Below are positions 1-11,704 of a DNA stretch of 64,000 bases, in pieces. The notes under the pieces were generated by a model. It was not told the origin of the DNA. It did no database searches and saw nothing but the letters and a program-made list of their open reading frames with translations. The translations under genes were made by a program, and so were the position numbers. Within the stretch, counting starts at the first letter, position 1. Every line of letters starts with the position of its first letter. Source of the DNA: Nitrosopumilales archaeon (GTDB taxonomy: Archaea; Thermoproteota; Nitrososphaeria; Nitrososphaerales; Nitrososphaeraceae); NCBI GenBank assembly GCA_044507735.1, contig JBIQJB010000003.1, positions 32,001-96,000 of the forward strand. Direction: 5' to 3'.

Positions 1-203
1 TGATGCAAGGCGATGCTCATAAAGATCGGAAAGATCCTAACGATCTTTGTAGCTCCAGAGCATGCAGACAGGTACAGCCGGGGAATCGCAAACATGTCGT
101 CAAAATCTTTCCTTTCGCTCTTGTCCAGATGATTGCGATATTCCTTCCATTCAGATTCTTCTTCAGCTAGGGCTAATCTGAAACTTGGAACTGTCCTTCC
201 CAT
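1..203 (-). CDS. Small conserved archaeal protein (MGRTVPSFR..., arCOG07300-like, usually PolB2-associated); partial, runs off the window edge
   Basis: Not in the ORF track. Manual translation from ATG at 203 gives MGRTVPSFRLALAEEESEWKEYRNHLDKSERKDFDDMF...; family recognised from memory. Confidence 0.65.
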   Translation of the reverse strand, partial: MGRTVPSFRLALAEEESEWKEYRNHLDKSERKDFDDMFAIPRLYLSACSGATKIVRIFPIFMSIALH

Positions 204-214
204 GATCCCACCGG

Positions 215-382
215 CTAAACCGTTGAAATCAGGCGCAGTTGTATCGGTGCTCTTTCAACTTTCCAGTGACACGAGTAGCAGAAGCCGCATTTCAAGCAAA
301 CATGCGGAGTCCGTTTGCCGCAATCCTTGCAAACCTGGTGATGTGGGATAGTTTGAGCTAGGAAGTCATGTCCCCGTCGCAT
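215..382 (-). CDS. 55-aa Cys-rich putative zinc-binding microprotein
   Basis: Manual translation MRRGHDFLAQTIPHHQVCKDCGKRTPHVCLKCGFCYSCHWKVERAPIQLRLISTV has three CxxC pairs; stops 11 nt before the next minus-strand gene. Confidence 0.6.
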   Translation of the reverse strand: MRRGHDFLAQTIPHHQVCKDCGKRTPHVCLKCGFCYSCHWKVERAPIQLRLISTV

Positions 383-494
383 AGTGGAGGCAAGAACTAG
401 GAGTTAGATAAATCACATAGCACCCGGAGGGGAGGGAGGGGGTCTACAGAGGACCCTTTGATTTATTAATTACCATGTTTAAACATGTCAGACC

Positions 495-1356
495 ATGCAG
501 GTCAGCCAGTATCTTTGCATCAGAGGCGGCTCTGTACTGAAGGAGACTTCAGAATACATCGAGATTCACTCACTGAGGGAAGAATGCCCGAGATGTGGCT
601 CGTTGCTGGCAGAGAGTTTGCAGAGGAGGCAAGTCCAGCCTGCAGTAAAGTGGACTCCCAGAGATCCAGACCGCCGATACATTGCGGAAATTAAGATTCG
701 ATATCTCCACGATCGACTCGTTCATCGGCCTTGGACGCGCGGATCTGTGTTGCATCACCGGTCACTATGCAAACCTTATTCTGACAAGGCTGTGGGTCAG
801 GTCCTTGTTGCCCGAAAGACACGGCGGTCTGAATTCACCTTACACCATGGTGGCAGACGTCGGCAACCGCTCTGATGTGTACAGGGCGATCAATTTCGCA
901 AGGCAGTATGGCATGAACAAAGAAGACGTCGGAGGAAGGATACTGGTCATACGAGCGTTTACAGTTCCACAGGTCACGCAGCTGCTGTCCATTGAACTTC
1001 CAAAGATCATCAGGAAATATCATGTCAGAAGTGTCTTCGTTCCAGGCCTGCTGAACGCGTTTGACGAGGCCCCAAACATGAGAGTGAAAGAAATGAAGAA
1101 AGAAATCGGGAGGATAATGAGAGCAGTGAAGCAGATATCGGCTAAAGTGTTGGTTGTAACCTCCACTCAGGAAAGCAAGTATGCAGAATGGATCCTGCCA
1201 GAATTCAAAAAACGCACTAGTCTGGGACAGGAAAAGCACTGAAGGATGACAGCAAAGCTGTACAATCAGGGCAGCGTGAAATCTGTCAGCCTGACAGAAA
1301 GGGAATTGAAAATCGTCGCAAAAACAGAAGACACAGTCACGCGCTCCAGAGGCTGA
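495..1356 (+). pseudogene. Inactivated RadA/RecA-like protein with N-terminal Zn ribbon; frameshifted and with a premature stop
   Basis: ORF 495 (CIRGG...CPRCG) shifts near 640-660 into the 682 frame (…PEIQTADTLRKLRFDI…RILVIRAFT…). TGA at 1240-1242 is followed by an in-frame protein-like tail RMTAKLYNQG… to 1356. Confidence 0.6.
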
Positions 1357-1696
1357 TCGTCTATTGAATGGCAACGTAGCTGCCGCGCAAGGCCAGCATT
1401 ACAATGTGCTGGAATCAGCCCTTTCAAGGCTGTCAAATGACCCGACATGCATTACATTAGATTCACCAAACGTCCGATTCTTTCCGGAGAAGATAATAAT
1501 ATGCCAGTACTGGAATCAGGGGCAGCCCATAACCACATATGCATCTTCTTTCTATCCCCTCTAGAGCCCTCTTTGGCAATCTCACGGGATCATCTGTGCC
1601 GGCATATAACTTGCTCTAACAGTAATATCAGATATAGCGAAGAGTTGCCCGACTCACGACGCAAGACTATAGAGGTCGTAACCAATAGGACCGATG

Positions 1697-2176
1697 CTAG
1701 TGGACGAGAATCACAGGACAGGGCGAGTCCTCTGAAACTTTTCTGGCGACGCTTCCGATTGTCGCTATCTTGGCAATCCCCTGCAGCCCGGTTGTCCCCA
1801 TGACTACAAGATCGACCTTCTGATCTCGGATAAACTCCGTTATCTTGTCAGAGGGATATCCCACCAATAGTTTGGTCTCCATCGTAACCTTCTGCTTTGC
1901 ATACTTTTTCCTCTTCTGTTCAAGCATGTTGGACGCATCCTTTCTCATCTCGTAGTACAGTTCCTTCTCAAGTGTAGCTGCCGTGAGTCTCTCTCCCGTA
2001 GTCTTGGAATACCCATATTCAGTCATGACGGGAGGGATGACAATAACAGGCAATACGTGAAGAAGTATAATCTTGGCGCCAGATGCATTTGCAATCGGCA
2101 CTGCACGCTCTAATGCGCGGTCTGATGCACCGGATCCATCATGCGGAACCAGGATCTTTTTGTATGCCGTCGTCAT
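1697..2176 (-). CDS. Universal stress protein (UspA family)
   Basis: KKILVPHDGS…DLVVMGTTG…GSVARKV…PCPVILVH. Confidence 0.93.
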   Translation of the reverse strand: MTTAYKKILVPHDGSGASDRALERAVPIANASGAKIILLHVLPVIVIPPVMTEYGYSKTTGERLTAATLEKELYYEMRKDASNMLEQKRKKYAKQKVTMETKLLVGYPSDKITEFIRDQKVDLVVMGTTGLQGIAKIATIGSVARKVSEDSPCPVILVH

Positions 2177-2216
2177 GATTCTTGTAACACACACTCCTAT
2201 TATTATTAATGTCTCC

Positions 2217-2675
2217 CTAGTGCACCAGCATTACGGGGCACGGAGCAATTTCAGACACTTTTCTTGCCACGCTTCCAAGTGCCCTGAGTTTGCCGGATTT
2301 CAAACTCCTGCTACCCATGATAATGATGTCGCATTTTGACTCCTTGGCCGCTGCGACAATTTCCTTGGCAGGAGATCCCACGCGGACCGCTATCTTGGAT
2401 TTTATCCCTTCCTCTTTTATCTTGGCCGCTGTCTTGTCCAGCATTGCCTTTGCTCCTTCCTCCAGCATGCCTCTCAGTTCGGCCTTTGCGTCTTTAAGCG
2501 ATCTCTTGCTACCGATAAAAGAGAGCAGGATGCTCGGAGGTGCATAGCGCTCATCTACAACATATACCAGCAAAAGTTCAGAGGCAAACATCTTGGCAAA
2601 CTTGATCGATTCATCTACGGCCTTCTCAGACATCTCGGAGCCGTCATGGGGAACGAGGATTGTCGAATACTTCAA
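2217..2675 (-). CDS. Universal stress protein (UspA family)
   Basis: STILVPHDGS…DIIIMGSR…GSVARKVSEIAPCPVMLVH; tandem paralog. Confidence 0.93.
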   Translation of the reverse strand: MKYSTILVPHDGSEMSEKAVDESIKFAKMFASELLLVYVVDERYAPPSILLSFIGSKRSLKDAKAELRGMLEEGAKAMLDKTAAKIKEEGIKSKIAVRVGSPAKEIVAAAKESKCDIIIMGSRSLKSGKLRALGSVARKVSEIAPCPVMLVH

Positions 2676-2786
2676 TGTCCGGATAGCAATGCAGGATCTG
2701 TTTAATTAATATTGTCACAGGTTCGTGCAAGAATTGCAGCCATTCTTGCTGGTCTCCCGTACAGTTATTTACTTCAGGCATCAAGT

Positions 2787-4136
2787 GTGGGTCAGAGCTT
2801 GGCGCGCCCAAAAGCAGAAGAGAATAGGGAGCAGTGGCACTCTAATCTCGGTTTCATTTTTGCTGCCATAGGCTCGGCCGTAGGAATAGGCAACATCTGG
2901 CGGTTCCCATACATCGTCGGCACGAACGGAGGCGGAGCCTTCCTTGTGACCTATGTGATCGTTATTTTCAGCTTTGGGCTTGCCTTCATGGTACTAGAGA
3001 TAGCCATTGGAAGGTATTACCAGACATCCATTCTTTCGGCATTTGAAAGGATCAGGCGGCGGTTCAAATGGATAGGCGTTATCATGATTGGAATCACGTT
3101 TGCAATCCTCAGCTATTATCTGGTCATTCTCGGCTGGGTAATCTCGTACTTTGTAGCATGGACCGCCACAGGCGCAGTGCCATCATTTGAGGAGTACACA
3201 GGGTCCATCTATCCCATAATCGCGTTCTTTGCTATGTTGGCAGTCAACTTCGGGATAATCAGTCTCGGAGTGCATAGAGGGATTGAAAATTTGAGTAAAG
3301 TAGGAGTCATACTCCTCCTATTGCTCATGATTCCGCTCACGGCCATCGGGCTTTACATGGACGGTTCTGAAAAGGGCCTGGAATTCTACCTAAGCCCGGA
3401 TTTTTCCAGGCTTTCAGACCCAGAAGTGTGGTCTATAGCCTTTGGGCAGGCATTCTTTTCGCTCTCTGTAGGGATGGGAGTGCTGCTGGTATACGGAAGT
3501 TACCTCCGAGAGACGCATTCCATAATCAAGGCCTCCATTATCATAATAGTCGCAGATCTGGCTGTCGCCTTTCTGGCAGGGCTCATGATATTTTCATTCG
3601 TATTTTCTTACGGCCTAGCGCCAGACCAGGGGGCGTCGCTTGTGTTCCGCGTAATGCCCACGATCTTTACTGACATACCGGGCTTTGGAGTTGTACTTGG
3701 AAGCCTGTTCTTTTTGCTGGTTCTGCTTGCCGGCCTGACATCGTCGATTTCAATGTTTGAGGTCCCCGTGTCTGCCCTCGAGGATACTTTTCGAGTCAGC
3801 AGAATCAAGGCAGCCGCCATTGTTTCCATACTACTGTCAGGCGCTGGGATTTTGCCGGCACTAAGCTACAGCGGCCTCGCGTCAGAGATTGGCAACATAC
3901 CATTCTTTGACCTGTACGACCTGCTCTTTGGGACATACGGAATAACAATCTCTGGAGCGATATTTTCAATCGTTGCAACATGGTTCATGGATAGAACAAA
4001 ACTATTAGAACAGGTCAACTTGAAAAGCCCGTTCAAGGTGCCTCCTTGGGTGTTGACGATCGTAAAGTTCACCATGCCGCTCCTCATAATGTTGACCATG
4101 GCGACGCAGATCGCAGGGCTCTTTTCTGGAGAATAG
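2787..4136 (+). CDS. Sodium-dependent transporter, NSS/SNF family
   Basis: REQWHSNLGFIFAAIGSAVGIGNIWRFPY…GGGAFL signature and multiple TM helices; start at GTG 2787 or TTG 2712. Confidence 0.92.
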   Translation: MGQSLARPKAEENREQWHSNLGFIFAAIGSAVGIGNIWRFPYIVGTNGGGAFLVTYVIVIFSFGLAFMVLEIAIGRYYQTSILSAFERIRRRFKWIGVIMIGITFAILSYYLVILGWVISYFVAWTATGAVPSFEEYTGSIYPIIAFFAMLAVNFGIISLGVHRGIENLSKVGVILLLLLMIPLTAIGLYMDGSEKGLEFYLSPDFSRLSDPEVWSIAFGQAFFSLSVGMGVLLVYGSYLRETHSIIKASIIIIVADLAVAFLAGLMIFSFVFSYGLAPDQGASLVFRVMPTIFTDIPGFGVVLGSLFFLLVLLAGLTSSISMFEVPVSALEDTFRVSRIKAAAIVSILLSGAGILPALSYSGLASEIGNIPFFDLYDLLFGTYGITISGAIFSIVATWFMDRTKLLEQVNLKSPFKVPPWVLTIVKFTMPLLIMLTMATQIAGLFSGE

Positions 4137-4365
4137 AATTGCAAGCCAGGCCGTGATTGTCGCCATAGGATAGTCTTTCAAGCAACAGAGCAGGCTTGAG
4201 CAAACATACTAGACAGTATGTCTATCTGATAGTCAGCAAATCAACATCAACTTGGTGGTCGTGGGAATTGGCTGAGCAGATATCAGCGGCCGCCAATTAC
4301 AGAGACGTTGCTCACGGCACAGGGTCCATAGAATGTTCGGCCGATAAAATTAGCGATTATTCGTA

Positions 4366-5142
4366 TTATATCTTGCACTCCAAACTTTCTGTTATGTCTT
4401 GCCTATCGACATAATTTGCGTTCAACGCTGCAATTTCGCAGATGCCAATGTCGCCGCCTATCTTATCATTGTGAATTACAATTCTTGGATACATTATGCT
4501 GTCTAACTTTGTGGAGTGGCCAAGACCAAGTGCGTGGCCAAGCTCATGAATCAATACAGGGACCAGAATCTTTTCTTCGTAAAGAGAATCGGTGTCATAG
4601 ACAACAATTGAAACGTGATCAAGTGATTTGTCAGGCAATACAGTCACGGTTGCGAGGGCAAACGGCCTGCCTCCGTTGATGCCCTCAGCCGCTTGTTGAC
4701 TGGCAAAAGAGACAACTATGTCTGTGTCACTGTCGGTATCGCCGCTGTCGTTTGGGATTACAAGACGTGTCGAGGAGCTGCCTGAGTTGTTTAGCATTGT
4801 ATCAAACACAATGTTCCAACCCGTGAGGTTGTAGCCCGTAATAGGGCCGTTGATTGCCTGGCGTGCTATTGCCCGGGTTTCTGAATCATACTTTAGATTG
4901 TCAAAGTGAAATGAAACTGTAACAATCTCCTTTTTCCATATGCCGTTGATGCGTATTTCATCTATCTTTTGTTCCTGGCCTGAACCGACTACTTTGCCGA
5001 TTGTGGAATTGACCATGTACTCTCTGATCTCGAATGTTTGAGGATTCCCCGAATTGGTTAGAAATGTGTTCGCAAAAGTCAGAGCTAGTCCGGAGGCTCC
5101 TAAAATTGCCACTATGGCACACATTGTCATATTTGCGCGCAA
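4366..5142 (-). CDS. Secreted matrixin-family (M10-like) zinc metalloprotease
   Basis: N-terminal hydrophobic helix; HELGHALGLGHS motif and Met-turn SIMYP. Confidence 0.85.
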   Translation of the reverse strand: MRANMTMCAIVAILGASGLALTFANTFLTNSGNPQTFEIREYMVNSTIGKVVGSGQEQKIDEIRINGIWKKEIVTVSFHFDNLKYDSETRAIARQAINGPITGYNLTGWNIVFDTMLNNSGSSSTRLVIPNDSGDTDSDTDIVVSFASQQAAEGINGGRPFALATVTVLPDKSLDHVSIVVYDTDSLYEEKILVPVLIHELGHALGLGHSTKLDSIMYPRIVIHNDKIGGDIGICEIAALNANYVDRQDITESLECKI

Positions 5143-5708
5143 TAGCCATGGTTATGGCTGATTACTGGCTAATAAGGTTTAGCTCTCTGTTTTTAGATAT
5201 CGTATGTAAATATTACTTAAAATTAGAATTATGTCACAATAGCCGGTATCGGGATTGCCTGCGTATGCTGGCGTTTCTTTGCATGCGTACGTAACACTTA
5301 CGCACTATCGGAAAGTGCCAGATCCTCGGGTGCTCGGTCCGAGGTTTGGACTTTAAGGTTGCAATGCAACTTTGCTCGCAATTTCCTTGACGAGGTCACA
5401 AAAATTGTGCCCGAGGCTTACGACATCAATTAGCATCTTTGCGGATCGAGTCTTTGTGGTAATATCTTCAGAAGTGCAGTAACACTCGTATTCATCTAGA
5501 GTTCTGCTCTGATCTCAGGAGTTATTTGTGCCCGCTTCATCGCTGGGCCCAACTGCTTCGATTCTAGAGTCAGAACTCAATTCGGAGTTTTGCTTCGAAA
5601 GATAGGGTTCCAAAATGACGCTGCATCACGAGAGTTCTTGCCGCTTCGCGGCTGCTAGAGTCTCTTTCAAGTTCTGTCGAATGGTCGGGATTTGTCGAAA
5701 TGCAGTTT

Positions 5709-6335
5709 TCAAATTGACTCATCTGCAAAACGGTGCTTGAAGAACTCCTGATGACCTGTACTTCTCTTATGTTCTTCAACATCATCTACAAAGACAAATG
5801 AAGCTGCGCATTTAGTGCAAATATGAAACGTGTCTATCACGTTTCGGAGGTCTTTTGCATTCTGTTGTATTTCTTTTATCTTTATTTCAGCGGCAGGTAG
5901 AGCTCTGAACCATAAAGTGTCAAACACATATTGCTGCTGTTCTATGATTTCCCTAACATTGCTATAGATTAGCTGCTGCACTGGCTGAGCTCTTTTCAGA
6001 TTAGCAGTAGCGACATATTCTTTTTCACTCACTCCAAAATTTCCTCTTACTCTGTCCATATGCCGAAGATCGCTGAACTTGAGCAATCTCTTACAATAGT
6101 CTAGGTTCGAGTCTGTGATTTCGGTTATGACTTTAGTCTTGACACCCCTATCTTTGGCATCATGAAGTACCTTGTTAAATTCTGGAACTTCAATCACTAC
6201 AGAAGGCCATGTCTGATCAACACTGATTTGTAGCTCCTTTTTTGTTTTAGATACAAAGTTAACAAGCACCGGGGTTATCAGCTCCGTGCCATGCAATACC
6301 TCAGTGAATTCTGGCTCTAGCCCGTTTGCTTCCAT
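5709..6335 (-). CDS. TrmB-like sensory-domain protein with C-terminal C2H2 zinc finger
   Basis: RGVKTKVITEIT…LRHMDRVRGNFGVSEKEY resembles Nitrososphaera sensor-kinase N-termini; C-terminal CTKC…H…H. Confidence 0.65.
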   Translation of the reverse strand: MEANGLEPEFTEVLHGTELITPVLVNFVSKTKKELQISVDQTWPSVVIEVPEFNKVLHDAKDRGVKTKVITEITDSNLDYCKRLLKFSDLRHMDRVRGNFGVSEKEYVATANLKRAQPVQQLIYSNVREIIEQQQYVFDTLWFRALPAAEIKIKEIQQNAKDLRNVIDTFHICTKCAASFVFVDDVEEHKRSTGHQEFFKHRFADESI

Positions 6336-6522
6336 TACTGCACTCTCACACTTGGATTGTGTGATAATTACCGTTTTAAGTTTTGGTTATAGCCTTTGGA
6401 TAGCGCATTCCTACCATTGATCATCTTTATCCAGCAGCTATCTCTGCCATTCGCCAGCCAGTTAAAGCCCTGTACACTCAAAATATCATGGATTTCGCGC
6501 CATTCCTTCTTTTCTAGCCATG

Positions 6523-6873
6523 CTACGGCTTGACTTTGATGCAGCCATATCCATTGAATATCTGTACTTTATCGACTCTGATTCCTAACCCATTTCCGGT
6601 TGGTTCCTGAATATCTTTCACACAAACAGCCGCTTGTCTCATCAAACTTTCAACTTTGTTTTCACCCAGATTCAGGCTGATGACCACCGGTTGAGATGGT
6701 GTTTGTCCTATCGCTTGGTATACTCCTATGAAATTGTAGTGAATCCACATAGCATCAAGCAATTCCCGCGCGGCCTCTGCTACAGCGTTCAGTGGCGTGT
6801 AAACAGCATTTCGCTTAGCCACCAGTCCTCGATAATAATTAGAGATGGTCAACGGATATGTTCCTTCTGCCAC
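6523..6873 (-). CDS. Hypothetical protein
   Basis: 116-aa ORF with protein-like composition; no recognisable motif. Confidence 0.45.
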   Translation of the reverse strand: MAEGTYPLTISNYYRGLVAKRNAVYTPLNAVAEAARELLDAMWIHYNFIGVYQAIGQTPSQPVVISLNLGENKVESLMRQAAVCVKDIQEPTGNGLGIRVDKVQIFNGYGCIKVKP

Positions 6874-7624
6874 AATATTCTCGAGATAGTGCTAATAGTG
6901 CTACCATCTCAAGATACATGCGACGAATAAATTGTCGTGAATTGGTTAATTGCAGTACCTTAGGCTTTGATGATTTCCTTGATCAGATTTACATCATATT
7001 TGACTTGGTACGCGTAGACATCCGGAACGCCTTCCATAATGCCCCTGTGACCATTGTGTCCACAAACATATCGAGGGCGCAAGCCTTCGGAAGCAATTCG
7101 TTGGTCAAGTTCTTCCACCATGCAAGTTCCACGCATTCATCAAACCTTATTTTGATAGGCGAATGAATACCGATCTGTGATGCACCCCATACCACCATGT
7201 CCATGCTTTCGTATGTTTCATCTCTTTCATGAAGTTTCGTGCCTGTCAAGTAGAGTAAAATGTTATACTGCCTGAAACACTGTACAACAGTGTGAAGACT
7301 CGTGAGAAACCAAGATTTGTATGAAAACTCTACTGAGATTTTCAAGAATTATTTCATATATCATGCCACGCTAGAAGTGCCAAGGTTTCCAAGGTTTCGC
7401 AATTAAATAAAATGCGAAAGTACGAGCCTTTGCTTGATTCCTGTATCGTGCTCGGTCATAGCCGTTAAGAAGAAACGAAATACAACCCCTCTATTCCGAG
7501 TCATCATCTAATCCACTATTAGTATTTTTATTAGCATTCTTAGGGCATTTTGCTTGAATCTTACAAAAAGATTACTCTTACCTAATGCTTATAGGCAAAT
7601 TTCTGTTTAATGTAATCAATTACT

Positions 7625-10600
7625 ATGAGCCAACGAGCTGCAGCTGAGACCAGCAAGAGCGAACTGATCGAAGTATCCTACCTCGTTATAGATTCAAAAG
7701 ATAAGGATTCAATTGCAGAGACTCTTGAATCATTTGCCACATCTATAAATGTCCAGTACAAAGAGGACGGCAGTGAATTGCCGTATGTTCCTTTTCCTAA
7801 CTTTGAAAAGGCAAATGCAGCAACAAAGTTATTCCTGTACGGACCAAGTGGATGCGGCAAGTCAAAGACCATCTTTGAGATCATCAGACGTCGAATTCCG
7901 AATCTTTCAAGAATAATCGTAATCAACCCGAGGCAGATTGTCGGAGAACGGTCGGGCAGAATGAATCTTACAGAATTATTAAGATCGATCGATAAGGAAA
8001 AAGATGCGGTTGTGTGGGATAACTTCCCTGACGATCTAATCAAGCGCGATGTCAAAAGCGCACTTTATGTTCTTGAAATGATCAGTTCTTTGGAACTGAC
8101 TCATCTTCTCTTAGCTCTCAAACCAAAGTATCTTGAATTGTATAGTAACATTGTTCAGAACATTCCTGAATTTGAGGCGATCCAAATCGGATATGACCTT
8201 GGTACCTTTAGGAATATCTTTAGGTCGTTAGGACTTGAAAATAACCGATATGCAGATGCTTATTACAAGTATGTAAATAATGATCTTGAGCGGATTTCCA
8301 GAATTCTCTGGCAGAAGGAACCGCTTCCGCTTACCATTTTAGATTATTGCAGAGTTTTGGGTGCCTCCGGCTCAGATCAGTACAACGAAACCGCAATATC
8401 CTCGCATATTGGTATCTCGGTGGCTGAGAAGTTACCAAGGCGTACTGCTTACTACGAAGAACAGTTTAAGTTCATCAGTTTTTCGGATTCCAGACTGGCC
8501 AGCATCGAATTCTTGTACACTTTGAAGCTGTGCTACGATCTTGGATTAGCTAGATCGCCAGAAGCATTGGAGAAGTTGCAACAGGGCATTTTTCGTAGCA
8601 ACCCACCAAGAGAACCATTACGCGAGCTTGCCACTTGGCTATATCTCTCTGGTGTTCATTATTCAATGCACGACGTCTGCAAGGACGCCATAACAATTCC
8701 TGAAGATATAAAACTGAAGATTCTCAGATACTTGGTTGATAGCTTTGAAATTATTGTTCCAAGCGAGGAGAGTGTAATCTTTTCGTTTGGAATTTTCTTT
8801 GGCAGAAACATCCAATATGTGCCAAAGGACGCTTCCCAGCCATTTCTACCGGATAAGATTTATTCATACATGAAAAAGAAACGTAATTTTGAAACAGGAT
8901 TTGGGCTTGGGATTGCTGAGTCATTTCTTGGTCTTGATGAAAACCTCCAAAAGGAGATACTCAAGAGAGTGGAAGTAGATATAGAATTTGCTCGAGGATT
9001 AGCGGACGGACTCGGGCACAATTTCATTTCACTGGATCAATCTGCTCAGTATCAGATTCTAAACAGAATCACTTCAGGCTTGCCTTTTGCCAGGTTTTTT
9101 GGAGAGAGCTTGGGCCGCATGTTTGGACAGATGTCTGAAGATCTTCAGAATGAAATCTTTTCAAGAATTGAAGGCAATGTGCAATTCGCAGATGGCATAG
9201 GAATGGGTATAGGTTATGTTCTAAGCTCATTGCCACCTTCATTGCAAGAGTTAGTATTTGCAAGAGCTATCAAGAACAGCGAGTTTACAAGAGGATTGGG
9301 ATATGGAATCGCACGCAATTTCTCAAGCCTGTCAAACGAGCTTCAAGCGCAAATGTTTGAAAGAGCTGAGACAAATACTGAATTTGCAAAAGGATTGGGG
9401 ACAGGTTTTGGATTTGTATTTAAAGATCTGGATTCTTCATTTCAGCAAAATTTACTTGATCGGGCAGAGGCAAACAGCGAATTTGCATATGGATTGGGGA
9501 TATACCTAGGATTTACTTTCAGCTATCTCGGTGACGCACTCCGTGATAGCATATTTAAAACGATTAGTCACGACGGTGAGCTCTCATACGGTTTGGGCAT
9601 GGGACTGGGCTACACATTTTCATATCTAAGCGAGGAAAACCAAGCAAGGGTACTGAGCATAGCCCAAGTGAATGTAAAGTTCGCATATGGATTGGGATCC
9701 GGCTTTGGATTTACATATAAGCACATTCCACCAAAGAAGCAGTTCGAGCTTTTTGCTTTGGCTAACAGCAATGTAAAGTTCGCATATGGATTGGGTTTTG
9801 GACTAGGGTTTACATTTGCATACCTTGGGGAGGAATTACAGCGGAAAGCGTTTGAATGGATAGAGAAGAATGAAGAGCTGGCATTGGGACTGGGTTATGG
9901 TTTTGGCTTCACTCTCAAATTCTTGCCTGAAGATTTGCTCAACACCATTCTTCTGAAAGCTGCCTCAAACAGTGAATTTTCAGTTGGGCTAGGATTCGGC
10001 GCAGGTTACATATTTTCATATCTCGACGATGCTCTGCAGGAGACGGTTTTTGAGTGGGCTCGATCGAATAACAGGTTAGCAATCGGTCTTGGCATGGGTT
10101 TGGGTCGAATCTTTAGATATCTGCCCGAAGATGTGAAAGAGAACGTCATCTATCCGATGATAAAATCAGATTCGCAATTCTCTATTGGCCTGGGCTTCGG
10201 CATGGGATACATATTCACATACTCGGGCTCGACAGTTCAATCTGAAGCTTTCAAGTTTGCAGAGGAAAGCGCAGATTTCTCAAAAAGGACTTGGCGTCGG
10301 CCTTGGCTTTTCATACAAATATCTACCAGACGACATTATTCAGAAGCTCACCACCAAGTCAGAAACAAACTTGCAGCTTGGTTTGGGTCTTGCGCTCGGA
10401 ATAGGATATACAATTGCATATCTGGAGGTTGAAGAAGCACAGAAGATGTTTCGCAGAGCAGAGAAAAATGTCCCATATGCCATAGGTCTCGGCGATGGCA
10501 CAGGGAGATGCTTCAGGTACCTGAATGATAAACTGAAAAAACAAGTTCTCGATATGGTTTCTAAACTCGAGGGTTTTGCGCGTGGATTTGGCACTGGCAT

Positions 10601-11633
10601 GGGATATGTTTTCAATTATCAAGAATCCGACACTAGGACCATGGTAACCACACTCTCCGAAAAGAACCCTCAATTTGCAATTGGGCTTGGCTCGGGTCTT
10701 GGACACACACTACAATTCATGAGCACGGAGGCAAGAGACGAAATCATTGCAATGGCTAATAGAAACAAGTATTTGGCACGCGGACTTGGAGAAGGAATCG
10801 GTCAGTGTATTCAATACATATCGGCGGCCCTGCAAGAACAAGTGCTAAGTACGACATTCCAAAACCCGGATTTTACAAGGGGGCTGGGCACAGGTCTGGG
10901 CCTTACAATGTTTTCCAAGCAGTCAGAGATGAAATCAGAATTGCTGCAAAGGGCACGTAATGATATTCACTTGGCGACGGGAATTGGGATAGGGTTGGGA
11001 TATATTTTCGCATACACCTCGTCTGATGATCAAGATATTGTCGTCAAGATGGCAAATGAGAACAGCTCTGTGAGTTATGGGATCGGAATTGGCATTGGCC
11101 ATGTCCTTACATCCCAGACAATTCGAGCGAATCTGTCAAAGTTCAGGTCGTTGGCAAATATCAACAAGAATTTTGCAAGCGGGCTGGGGCTGGGATTTGG
11201 AAATAACTTTTTCTCTTTTGATGAAAACTCGCAGGAAGAGATTCTAGGAATGCTTCAGAACAATAAGGATTTTTCTAGCTCTTTTGGACTGGGCTTGGGC
11301 AAAGCTTTTGCCGGCCTTGACAACCTTATGCATAAAGAACTCCTCGAAATCGCCGTCACTAGAAGCTACCCGGGTTTTGGCGAGGGATTAGGAAGGGGAC
11401 TAGGCAGCAATTACTCTTCTCTGCCGGAAGATCTCCAATGCGAAATACTCGACATTGTAGAGTCTGAGACAAGAAGTATCTCTAATTTACATGAATCTGA
11501 ATTTGTGGAGGGACTTGGGCTAGCTCTTGGACAAAGTTTCAAATATCTCAACCCAGGGATTCAGGCCCAGATCAACGACTTAGCGCAGAGAAATGCAATT
11601 TTCGCTTCCAGCCTAAAGCTGCCCTGTAATTAG
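7625..11633 (+). CDS. Large P-loop NTPase with 27 tandem 33-aa Gly-rich helical repeats; split by a +1 frameshift at the A-run 10282-10286 (ORFs 7625-10432 and 10185-11633)
   Basis: Walker A GPSGCGKS and Walker-B-like AVVWDN; repeat consensus F[AS]xGLGxG[LF]Gxx[FY]xYLxxxxQxx[IL]…N continues across the frameshift (…EESADFSK/GLGVGLG…). Confidence 0.8.
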
Positions 11634-11704
11634 CTACAATGTACACACGAACTTATTATCTTCTTGTGTTCTACGTATAAGCCTCGAATGGGTCGAAGAT
11701 CCTC

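Noticed and set aside
5350-5582. Possible decayed minus-strand ORF (MSSDSRIE…*…KVALQP)
   Set aside because: Internal stop and no recognisable similarity
6960-7345. ORF 6989-7345(-) and an alternative 58-aa frame 6960-7136(-)
   Set aside because: Two competing frames with no recognisable family
8890-11560. GxGxG repeats as transmembrane helices or Rossmann motifs
   Set aside because: Strict 33-aa periodicity with a charged amphipathic second helix fits a soluble solenoid better
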